59,395 nucleotides of DNA from an uncultured Lachnospiraceae bacterium (GTDB lineage: Bacteria > Bacillota > Clostridia > Lachnospirales > Lachnospiraceae). Under the pieces are notes generated by a model, which was not told where the DNA came from, did no database searches, and saw nothing but the letters and a program-made list of their open reading frames with translations. The DNA lies in assembly GCA_946616305.1 (NCBI GenBank), contig CAMOIV010000001.1:1-59395 (forward strand). The letters are read 5' to 3'. Position numbers and translations under genes: made by a program. How positions within the stretch are numbered: position 1 is the stretch's first letter; every line of letters begins with the position of its first letter. Positions 1-8,590 of this stretch are shown in pieces.

Positions 1-60
1 ATCACGAAACCCGCATAAATGCGTGTTTCTGATTGTAGGACGCAAAAACATATACTTTTT

Positions 61-90
61 TTGACGACATAAGGTGAGCGATAGTATAAT
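61..90 (+). promoter_or_regulatory. sigma-A-type promoter upstream of rel
   Basis: TTGACG (61-66), 18-nt spacer, TATAAT (85-90); AAGGAGG SD at 114-120. Confidence 0.7.
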
Positions 91-124
91 ATTTCATTAA
101 ATTATCATGAAGAAAGGAGGGAAT

Positions 125-2398
125 ATGTCACAGATACTACTTGACAGAGGTCATTTCGGCGACGTCGGCGAATTCTTGGAGCCTGCCCAGCTCTATGACG
201 AGCTTGTGACCAAGGTGCGTAAATACCATCCCTCCGATGATATCTCCATGATAGAGAAAGCCTATGAGACAGCGAGGAGTGCTCACGAAGGTCAGAAGAG
301 AAGATCGGGAGAGCCGTACATAATACATCCCCTTTGTGTAGCCGTGATACTGGCCGACCTGGAGATGGATAAAGAAACCATAGCTGCAGGCCTTTTGCAT
401 GATGTCATCGAGGATACGGTAATGACTGAGGAGGACATCGCCGGTATCTTCGGAGAGGATGTGGCTGCTTTAGTGGACGGAGTCACAAAGCTTTCCAAAC
501 TGGAGTATCAGGGGGACAAGCTTGAGTTCCAGGCTGACAATCTCAGAAAGATGTTCCTTGCCATGGCCAAGGATATCAGAGTCATTGTGATAAAGCTTGC
601 GGACAGACTCCATAATATGAGGACTCTGCAGTATCAGAATGAGGAGAAGCAGAGGGAGATCGCTACAGAGACCATAGACATCTATGCGCCCATAGCCCAG
701 AGGCTTGGTATATCCAGGATCAAGGTAGAGCTGGACGATCTGTCTCTTAAATATCTGGAGCCCGAGGTGTATAAGGAGCTTACCAGAGATATAGCACAAA
801 AGAGAAGCGAGAGAGAAGCTTTTGTAGAACAGATAGTTGTAGAGGTCAGGAAGCATATGGAGGATGCCGGCATCAGCGCCCGTGTGGACGGAAGGGTCAA
901 GCATTTCTTCTCCATATACAAGAAGATGATAAATCAGGGCAAGACCCTGGATCAGATATATGATCTCTTTGCCGTAAGGATATATGTGGATACGGTTAAG
1001 GACTGTTATGCGGCCTTAGGTATAATCCATGAAATGTACAAGCCCATTCCGGGACGTTTCAAGGATTATATCGCCATGCCCAAGGAGAACATGTATCAAT
1101 CTCTGCATACCTCATTAATAGGACACTCCGGCATACCCTTCGAGATACAGATCCGTACTTATGAGATGCATAAGACTGCGGAGTACGGTATCGCAGCCCA
1201 CTGGAAATACAAAGAGGCTTCGGGCGGCGGTACAGTGGATACTCAGGAGGAGGAGAAGCTGGCATGGCTGCGTCAGATACTGGAATGGCAGAGAGACATG
1301 TCCGATAACAGGGAATTCCTGCAGTCCCTTAAGGGTGATCTGAACCTGTTCTCCGATCAGGTATACTGCTTCACGCCTACAGGGGATGTTAAGACCCTTC
1401 CTTCAGGATCCACTCCGGTGGATTTCGCCTATGCAATCCACTCAGCTGTAGGTAACAAGATGATAGGAGCCAGGGTCAACGGCAAACTGGTTCCCATAGA
1501 CTATGAGATACAGAACGGTGACAGGATAGAGGTACTGACCTCACAGAATTCAAAGGGCCCCTCGAGAGACTGGCTCAATATCGTAAAGTCTGCCCAGGCA
1601 AGATCCAAGATCAACCAGTGGTTCAAGCATGAGAATAAGGATAATAATATCGCAAGAGGCAAGGATGCCATAGCTGCCTATTGTAAGAGCCATGGTATCA
1701 CCATGTCCGACCTTACCAAACCTGAATACATGGATGAGGTCATGGCGAAGTACGGTTTCAGGGAATGGGATGCGGTATATGCCGCCATAGGACACGGTGG
1801 ATTAAAGGAAGGACAGATAGTCAACAAGCTTGAGGAGATTTATAACAGGGATCACAAGAAGAGTCTTACGGACGAGGAAGTTTTAAGCGAGCTTGATGAG
1901 CAGAGCCGTCATACCATAAGAAGAGGCCGTAACGGCGGTATAGTCGTCAGAGGAGTGCATGATGTTTCCGTCAGGTTTTCGAAATGCTGTTCGCCCCTTC
2001 CGGGAGATGAGATAGTGGGCTTTGTTACCAGAGGCAGAGGGATATCCATACACAGGACCGACTGCGCAAACATACTGGATCTGTCCGAAAGTGACAGGAG
2101 CAGGCTCATAGAAGCGGAATGGGACAAGGAATCCGTAGACGGTGCCGACGGCGAGACCTACCTTGCTGAGATCAATATCTATGCCAATAACAGAAGCGGA
2201 CTTTTGGTGGACCTGTCCAAGATACTCACGGAGGCCGGTATCGACATCAGCAGCGTATACAGCAAGACCTCAAAACAGGGTGTAGCCACGGTATCCCTGG
2301 GTTTTGAGATACATAATACAGAAGAGCTTGAGAGGATCACCGCTAAGATGAGAAGAGTGGAATCCGTGCTGGATATAGAAAGGACTACAGGATCATGA
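125..2398 (+). CDS. relA: Bifunctional (p)ppGpp synthetase/hydrolase Rel (long RSH)
   Basis: HD hydrolase LLHDVIED, KLADRLHNMRTL, synthetase RFKDY/YQSLHT/EIQIRT, TGS (TPVDFAYAIHS), CC zinc motif (KCCSPLPGD...HRTDC), C-terminal ACT. Start moved to the ATG at 125, after the SD. Confidence 0.97.
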   Translation: MSQILLDRGHFGDVGEFLEPAQLYDELVTKVRKYHPSDDISMIEKAYETARSAHEGQKRRSGEPYIIHPLCVAVILADLEMDKETIAAGLLHDVIEDTVMTEEDIAGIFGEDVAALVDGVTKLSKLEYQGDKLEFQADNLRKMFLAMAKDIRVIVIKLADRLHNMRTLQYQNEEKQREIATETIDIYAPIAQRLGISRIKVELDDLSLKYLEPEVYKELTRDIAQKRSEREAFVEQIVVEVRKHMEDAGISARVDGRVKHFFSIYKKMINQGKTLDQIYDLFAVRIYVDTVKDCYAALGIIHEMYKPIPGRFKDYIAMPKENMYQSLHTSLIGHSGIPFEIQIRTYEMHKTAEYGIAAHWKYKEASGGGTVDTQEEEKLAWLRQILEWQRDMSDNREFLQSLKGDLNLFSDQVYCFTPTGDVKTLPSGSTPVDFAYAIHSAVGNKMIGARVNGKLVPIDYEIQNGDRIEVLTSQNSKGPSRDWLNIVKSAQARSKINQWFKHENKDNNIARGKDAIAAYCKSHGITMSDLTKPEYMDEVMAKYGFREWDAVYAAIGHGGLKEGQIVNKLEEIYNRDHKKSLTDEEVLSELDEQSRHTIRRGRNGGIVVRGVHDVSVRFSKCCSPLPGDEIVGFVTRGRGISIHRTDCANILDLSESDRSRLIEAEWDKESVDGADGETYLAEINIYANNRSGLLVDLSKILTEAGIDISSVYSKTSKQGVATVSLGFEIHNTEELERITAKMRRVESVLDIERTTGS

Positions 2399-3024
2399 TA
2401 AAAAGCCTTATTCTGGGCCCGGTACAGACAAACGTGTATTTTATCATAAATGATGATACATCGGAGTGCGTGCTTGTGGACCCGGCCTACAGTCCCGAGA
2501 GGATCGTACAGCTGATAAAGGATAACGGTCTCATACTCTGCGGGATACTGCTGACCCACGGACATTTCGACCATATAGCAGGAGTGCAGGGGGTGCTTGA
2601 TGAATACAAGGTGCCTGTATATGCATCGGCCAAGGAGGAAAAACTGTTATCGGATCCTGAACTTAATGAGTCACGGGAGGTCTTTGGCAGGGGCATCACG
2701 GTAGTGCCGGATCATCTGCTGAAGGATAATGAGGAGTTCGAACTTGGGGGCATAACCTTCAGGAATATGGATACCCCCGGTCATACAGAGGGCTCCTGCT
2801 GCTATTATGCAAAGGAAATGGGGGCTCTGTTTTCGGGGGATACGCTGTTTGAGGGCTCCGTAGGACGTACGGATCTTCCCACCGGATCATCCCGGACCAT
2901 TACCAGGTCATTAAATGAAGTGATAATGACGCTTCCCGACGAAACGGACGTATATCCCGGACACGGCGGCTATACCACCATAGGAGATGAAAGGAACTAT
3001 AATCCATGGATAACAAGAATCTGA
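2395..3024 (+). CDS. MBL-fold metallo-hydrolase (glyoxalase II-like)
   Basis: THGHFDH, TPGHT, FSGDTLF, PGHG motifs; usual position after rel. Confidence 0.92.
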   Translation: MIKSLILGPVQTNVYFIINDDTSECVLVDPAYSPERIVQLIKDNGLILCGILLTHGHFDHIAGVQGVLDEYKVPVYASAKEEKLLSDPELNESREVFGRGITVVPDHLLKDNEEFELGGITFRNMDTPGHTEGSCCYYAKEMGALFSGDTLFEGSVGRTDLPTGSSRTITRSLNEVIMTLPDETDVYPGHGGYTTIGDERNYNPWITRI

Positions 3025-4268
3025 TAAGAAAGCCCACCACGGGCATGAAGGATATATTGCCATATGAGATGGCTATCAGGGATCATGTGGAGAATACCAT
3101 AAGGCAGACCTATGCTCTTTTCGGATTTGAGCATATAGAAACGCCTGTGGTGGAGCATATAGAGAATCTGACATCCAACCAGGGCGGAGAAAACGAGAAG
3201 CTTATATTCAAGATCATGAAAAGAGGAGAAAAGCTTGATATAGCAGGGGCGGAGAGTGAGAACGACCTTGCGGATTCGGGCTTGAGATATGATCTGACCC
3301 TGCCGCTTGCAAGGTATTATGCCAATAACAACCCATCCCTGACAGTTCCCTTTAAGGCGCTTCAGACCGGGAACGTGTTCAGAGCCGACAGACCCCAGAA
3401 GGGAAGGTTCAGACAGTTCAAGCAGTGCGATATAGATATAATAGGAGACCCCTCCAATCTTGCGGAGATAGAGTTGGTAAATGCCACAACGACTCTTTTG
3501 GCAAAGCTTGGATTTACGGGCTTCACCGTAAGGATAAATGACAGACGTATCTTAAAGGCCATGGGATTGTATGCCGGATTCAAGGAGGAGGAGCTTCCCG
3601 AGGCGTTCATTACCCTTGATAAGATGGATAAGATAGGTGTGCAGGGCGTGAGAGAGGAGCTTATCTCAAACGGCACGTCCGCCGAGGTGGCAGATAAGTA
3701 CCTGCAGCTTTTTGAGGATACGGGAAATGATGCAGAGGGAATAAAGAAGCTTTGTGATACTTTGGGAGATCTCATCGACAGCAAGGTGGCAGATGATCTT
3801 ACGGAGATATTCACTGCCATCAATGAGACCGGGAACGGAAGTTTTATCCTTTCCTTCGAGCCTACCCTGGTAAGGGGCATGGGCTATTACACCGGTACCA
3901 TATTTGAGATAGAGATGGAGGGCTTCGGCGGAGCCGTGGCAGGCGGAGGCAGATACGACGGTATGATAGGACGTTTTATGGGACAGGATGTCCCTGCCTG
4001 TGGATTCTCCATAGGTTTTGAGAGGATCATAACCATCCTGATGGATAATGGATACAAGGTGCCGGACAGCGAAGGCAAGACAGCCTTTCTTATCGAAAAG
4101 GGCGTGGATGCCGCCAGGCTTTGTGACATCATGAAGCAGGCAGCCGATCTTCGGGCAGAGGGCGAAACTGTGCTGGTATCGAGGATGGCAAAGAACAAGA
4201 AATTCCAGAAGGAAAATCTGGGTAAGGCCGGTTACGGTACGTTCAAGGAGTTTTATAAGGATAACTGA
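3006..4268 (+). CDS. hisS: Histidyl-tRNA synthetase
   Basis: LRYDLT, FRADRPQKGRFRQFKQCDIDI (motif 2), LVRGMGYYTG, GGGRYD, GFSIGFER (motif 3). Confidence 0.95.
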   Translation: MDNKNLIRKPTTGMKDILPYEMAIRDHVENTIRQTYALFGFEHIETPVVEHIENLTSNQGGENEKLIFKIMKRGEKLDIAGAESENDLADSGLRYDLTLPLARYYANNNPSLTVPFKALQTGNVFRADRPQKGRFRQFKQCDIDIIGDPSNLAEIELVNATTTLLAKLGFTGFTVRINDRRILKAMGLYAGFKEEELPEAFITLDKMDKIGVQGVREELISNGTSAEVADKYLQLFEDTGNDAEGIKKLCDTLGDLIDSKVADDLTEIFTAINETGNGSFILSFEPTLVRGMGYYTGTIFEIEMEGFGGAVAGGGRYDGMIGRFMGQDVPACGFSIGFERIITILMDNGYKVPDSEGKTAFLIEKGVDAARLCDIMKQAADLRAEGETVLVSRMAKNKKFQKENLGKAGYGTFKEFYKDN

Positions 4269-4269
4269 T

Positions 4270-4908
4270 ATGGGACTGGCAAAGAGGGATCTGGGACTGA
4301 TAGCGGTCACGGACCTTGCAAGCATGCGTATTGATCTGAATTTAAGAGATGCCGTGGAGGAGGCCATAAACGGCGGAGCCACCATGGTAGTACTTAATGA
4401 GCCTACGCTTTCACATGATGCTCTCATGAAGGAAGCAGTGAGACTCAAGATCCTGTGCGGGATGTACGATATCCCCTTCATCATGATGAGGCATGTGGAT
4501 ATAGCCGATGCAGTGGATGCCGACGGAGTAGTGGTAGCATCCGAGGAGTTCGATCCACAGAGGATATATACCGAGATAGGCTTTGACAGGACCATAGGGG
4601 TGCTGGTTTCAAAGCCTGCGGAAGCCGTGGCTGCCATGGAAGGCGGTGCAGGGTTCTTAATGTGCGGCCCCGTAAGTGTGGGACACGATATGGAGCATAC
4701 GGATTGTGTTTCGGTGGATGAGCTTGAGGAGGTATGTGCTTCGGTTGATATACCGGTTGTAGCCTACGGAGGACTTGCGGATGCGGATATAAACTTCTTA
4801 AGGGGCAAGGGAATATCCGGTATCGGGGCAGCTACGGGTATATTCGGACAGGATGACATACAGGAGGCTGCAAGATCGCTCAAGAAGATCGCCAAGGAGA
4901 TCCTGTGA
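4270..4908 (+). CDS. ThiE/TenI-like TIM-barrel protein with degenerate active site
   Basis: ThiE scaffold (LIAVTD, VEEAINGGAT, LCGMYDIPFI, VDIADAVDADGV, IPVVAYGG), but catalytic motifs are replaced (see findings). Confidence 0.8.
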   Translation: MGLAKRDLGLIAVTDLASMRIDLNLRDAVEEAINGGATMVVLNEPTLSHDALMKEAVRLKILCGMYDIPFIMMRHVDIADAVDADGVVVASEEFDPQRIYTEIGFDRTIGVLVSKPAEAVAAMEGGAGFLMCGPVSVGHDMEHTDCVSVDELEEVCASVDIPVVAYGGLADADINFLRGKGISGIGAATGIFGQDDIQEAARSLKKIAKEIL

Positions 4909-4909
4909 T

Positions 4910-6193
4910 ATGACGGTAAAATGGATCGCGCTTTTCGCCATGCTGGTACTGTCAGGATTCTTCTCGGCTGCGGAAACATCATTAACTACATTTAACAGGA
5001 TCAAGATAAGGGAAAAGGCAGATCAGGGGAATAAGAGTGCCGCCAGGCTTTTGAAGCTGTCGTATGAAAAGCAGAAGATGCTTACAGCCATCCTCATAGG
5101 CAATAATATAGTAAATATAGCGGCCTCTGCCATTGCCACCACCATAGCCTTATCCATAGACTTCAATGTGGGAGTCATGACACTGCTCCTTACACTCATC
5201 ATCCTTATATTCGGTGAGATCACCCCAAAGAATGCGGCGACTGTGAAAGCAGAGACACTGGCTCTTTTCTATGTGAGGTTAATATATGCGCTTATGTTTA
5301 TCCTCACTCCCGTCATCTCTATCATAAATCTTCTGTGTAAAGGTGTATTACGGATCATCGGCATAAACATGGAGGATAATGCAAATGCGATCACGGAGGG
5401 CGAGCTTCGGACCATAGTTGATGTGAGCCACGAGCACGGAGTCATAGAGTCCGAAGAAAAGGAAATGATAAAGAACGTTTTCGACTTCGGTGACTCAAGG
5501 GCAAGGGATATCATGATCCCGAGGATAGATGTGATAGAGGTGGAGCTTGGCTGCAGCTATGAAACCTTGAGGGATATATTTGAAGAGGAGAGATATACCA
5601 GGATCCCTGTATATAAAGACAGTACCGATAATATAATCGGTGTGGTCAACATGAAGGATTTCTTCCTTAACGGTGACGGTGAGAACTTTCGTGTCACGGA
5701 TATAATGAGGGATGCATATTTTACCTACGAGACCAAGAGTACTGCGGATCTTCTGGTGGAGATGAAGCGGGATTCGGCACCCATGGCCATAGTGCTCAAT
5801 GAATACGGAGCAGCGGAGGGCATCGTTACCATGGAGGATCTCATCGAGGAGATAGTAGGTGAGATAAGAGATGAGTTTGATGAGGCCGAGGCTGAACTGA
5901 TAGAGAATACAGGAGACAGGGAGTATCTCATAGAGGCTTCGGTGAAGCTTGATGATCTGAATGATGAGCTTGGCACCAATCTGGAATCCGAGGATTACGA
6001 TTCCGTGGGAGGCTATATCATAGGCATGCTGGACAGGATCCCTCAGCCGGGAGAGGCTTTTGAGAATGATGAACACATCATTTTTGAGATAACCGAGGGA
6101 ACCGTTAACAGGATCGATAAGGTTAAGATGACTCTCCCCAAGAAGGAAAGTGAAAAGGTGCAGTCTGCCGGCGCGGAAAGTGTGGGCAATTGA
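4910..6193 (+). CDS. HlyC/CorC (CNNM/DUF21-CBS-CorC) family transporter
   Basis: SGFFSAAET, LIGNN, FGEITPK, IMIPR, CBS pair, EDLIEEIVGEIRDE. Start set at ATG 4910 after AAGGAG. Confidence 0.93.
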   Translation: MTVKWIALFAMLVLSGFFSAAETSLTTFNRIKIREKADQGNKSAARLLKLSYEKQKMLTAILIGNNIVNIAASAIATTIALSIDFNVGVMTLLLTLIILIFGEITPKNAATVKAETLALFYVRLIYALMFILTPVISIINLLCKGVLRIIGINMEDNANAITEGELRTIVDVSHEHGVIESEEKEMIKNVFDFGDSRARDIMIPRIDVIEVELGCSYETLRDIFEEERYTRIPVYKDSTDNIIGVVNMKDFFLNGDGENFRVTDIMRDAYFTYETKSTADLLVEMKRDSAPMAIVLNEYGAAEGIVTMEDLIEEIVGEIRDEFDEAEAELIENTGDREYLIEASVKLDDLNDELGTNLESEDYDSVGGYIIGMLDRIPQPGEAFENDEHIIFEITEGTVNRIDKVKMTLPKKESEKVQSAGAESVGN

Positions 6194-6204
6194 CGGGCAA
6201 TTGA
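6184..6204. repeat. Tandem 10-bp direct repeat GGGCAATTGA-C-GGGCAATTGA spanning the stop codon
   Basis: Read directly from sequence. Confidence 0.6.
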
Positions 6205-6242
6205 GAAGAGGCAGGCTATAACACGTATTTATTCCCTTTTCG

Positions 6243-6251
6243 TGATATAGT
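6243..6251 (+). promoter_or_regulatory. Extended -10 promoter element for aspS
   Basis: TGaTATAGT about 95 nt upstream of the aspS ATG; no clear -35. Confidence 0.45.
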
Positions 6252-6344
6252 GTATGATGTGCGGCAGTTATGAGGCATCATGCTGTCGGGCGTAAGGTAA
6301 ATAAATATATAGATAATAAAATACAGTGAGGTTTTGGAGGTATC

Positions 6345-8114
6345 ATGTTTCAGTCAAGGACACATACATGTAATGATCTGAGGATCGAGGATGTGGGATC
6401 GAAGGTAACATTGGCAGGCTATTATGAGAATATGAGAAAAGTTAGCAGGAATCTGGGCTTTCTCATATTAAGGGATTTCTATGGTACGACACAGATCGTC
6501 ATAGAGACAGAGGAAATGATGGAAAAGCTTTCCGGAGTCAATACCGAATCCACCATGCAGATAACCGGTGTGGTCAGGGAGAGATCCAGCAAGAATCCCG
6601 ATCTTCCAACGGGGGATATAGAGGTGGTGCCCGAAAGTATTACCATACTGGGGGATTGCATATACAAAGAGCTTCCCTTTGAGATCAACAGATCAAAGGA
6701 AGCTGACGAGAACACTAGACTCAAGTACAGATATCTGGATCTTCGTAATCCGGCTGTAAGGTCAGGCATCGTTTTGCGGAGCAAGGTGATAGCAGAGCTT
6801 AGGAGAGCCATGACGGAACACGGCTTTATGGAGATCACCACTCCGATCCTTACCTGCTCATCTCCTGAGGGAGCCAGAGATTATCTCGTACCTTCGAGAC
6901 TTCATGAAGGCAAGTTCTACGCTCTGCCTCAGGCACCCCAGCAGTTCAAGCAGATACTCATGGCATCGGGCTTTGACAGGTATTTCCAGATAGCACCATG
7001 CTTCAGAGATGAGGATGCGAGAGCAGACAGATCTCCGGGCGAATTCTATCAGCTGGACATGGAGATGGCCTTTGCCTCACAGGATGACGTGTTTGAGGTG
7101 CTGGAGGATGTGCTGCCTCCTGTATTTGCCAGATACGGTAAATACGATAAGGCATCAAAAGCACCCTTTAAGAGGATAGCGTATAACGATGCCATGGAGA
7201 CGTACGGAACAGACAAGCCTGATCTGCGTATAGATCTGACTCTTACCGATGCCACCGATCTTATGAAGGGGACGGGATTTGAACCTTTTGATAATGCAGA
7301 CGTGATAAAGGCGATACCTGTACATGGTTTTGAGGGCTCAAGGAAGGTTATAGATAAGATAGCATCCGATGCCGAGGTGGTATCCGGCGTGAAGGCCTAT
7401 TGGATCAAATGCGGCGATGACGGAGCAGGCATTGCCGGAGGAGTTTCCAAATTCCTGCAGGACAAGGCGGATAAGGTCATAGAGACATATGAGCTTAAGG
7501 CGGGAGATGTTGTATTCATTACCGCGGGAAAGAGGGGAGAGGCTCTGAAGGGCGGAGGCACCCTTATCAAGACCATAGGCCGGTGTGTGCCGGGACATAT
7601 GGACAAGGAAGCATATGAATTCTGCTGGATAGTGGATTTCCCCATGTATGAGATAGGAGAGGAATCGGGAGAACTCGAGTTCTGCCATAACCCATTCTCA
7701 ATGCCACAGGGAGGCCTGGAGGCTTTGAACAATGAGGATCCCTTAAAGATACTTGCCTATCAGTATGATCTGGTATGCAACGGTGTGGAGCTTTCATCGG
7801 GAGCCGTGAGAAATCACGACCCTAAGATCATGGTGAAGGCCTTTGAGATGGTGGGACTTGGCGAAGAGGACGTGAAAGCCAAATTCCCTGCCATGTATAA
7901 TGCATTCTGCTATGGAGCACCGCCTCATGCCGGTATAGCTCCCGGAGTAGACAGGATGATAATGCTGATCGCCGGAGAGGAGTCTATACGTGAGATCATC
8001 CCCTTCCCCATGAACAAGAATGCAGAGGACCTTATGATGGGCGCTCCTGCGGAGGTGGATAAGAAGCAGCTGGATGATGTCCATATAGCCATAGTGAGAG
8101 AGAATAAGGATTGA
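6345..8114 (+). CDS. aspS: Aspartyl-tRNA synthetase
   Basis: RTHTC, RLKYRYLDLR, PEGARDYLVP, FYALPQAPQQFKQ, CFRDED, GAPPHAGIAPGVDR; GGAGG SD. Confidence 0.96.
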   Translation: MFQSRTHTCNDLRIEDVGSKVTLAGYYENMRKVSRNLGFLILRDFYGTTQIVIETEEMMEKLSGVNTESTMQITGVVRERSSKNPDLPTGDIEVVPESITILGDCIYKELPFEINRSKEADENTRLKYRYLDLRNPAVRSGIVLRSKVIAELRRAMTEHGFMEITTPILTCSSPEGARDYLVPSRLHEGKFYALPQAPQQFKQILMASGFDRYFQIAPCFRDEDARADRSPGEFYQLDMEMAFASQDDVFEVLEDVLPPVFARYGKYDKASKAPFKRIAYNDAMETYGTDKPDLRIDLTLTDATDLMKGTGFEPFDNADVIKAIPVHGFEGSRKVIDKIASDAEVVSGVKAYWIKCGDDGAGIAGGVSKFLQDKADKVIETYELKAGDVVFITAGKRGEALKGGGTLIKTIGRCVPGHMDKEAYEFCWIVDFPMYEIGEESGELEFCHNPFSMPQGGLEALNNEDPLKILAYQYDLVCNGVELSSGAVRNHDPKIMVKAFEMVGLGEEDVKAKFPAMYNAFCYGAPPHAGIAPGVDRMIMLIAGEESIREIIPFPMNKNAEDLMMGAPAEVDKKQLDDVHIAIVRENKD

Positions 8115-8587
8115 AGGGTTTTATAAAAGCAATAAGGTTCATACCGGCAGCGGTATGGATGTATATCATATACTGGTTCTCCGATCAGGCATGGTATGAG
8201 TCCACCGATCAGAGTTCGGGTTTCACTTATTCTCTTGTAAATGCCATAGCCACCCCCTCGGGGATGGACATGGATACCAGGATGAAATGGGTCGTGATCC
8301 TCGAACCCTATGTCAGAAAACTCTGTCATATGGGAGAATATGCGATCCTCTTTCTTTTGCTGTTCTTTGCCATATGGTATTTTGCCGGTGATTATTACAA
8401 AAAGGTGTTCATCACCTTATGTCTGTGTTTCTTATATGCCTGCTCGGATGAGATACATCAGCTTCACGTTCCGGGGAGATCCGGGCAGCTTTCGGATGTG
8501 GTGGTGGATTCGCTTGGAGCCGTCATCATAATGCTTATCATCATCATGATACACAGAAAGCGGAATAAAACCAAAGAGGAGTCCTGA
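8111..8587 (+). CDS. VanZ family membrane protein
   Basis: RKLCHMGEY, YACSDEIHQLHVPGRSG...DVVVDSLG; hydrophobic helices; TTG start overlapping the aspS stop. Confidence 0.88.
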   Translation: MKGFIKAIRFIPAAVWMYIIYWFSDQAWYESTDQSSGFTYSLVNAIATPSGMDMDTRMKWVVILEPYVRKLCHMGEYAILFLLLFFAIWYFAGDYYKKVFITLCLCFLYACSDEIHQLHVPGRSGQLSDVVVDSLGAVIIMLIIIMIHRKRNKTKEES

Positions 8588-8590
8588 GGA

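Noticed and set aside
8111-8587. vanZ as evidence of glycopeptide resistance
   Set aside because: VanZ-like proteins are widespread and often lie near polysaccharide genes; no vanHAX or vanRS is present.
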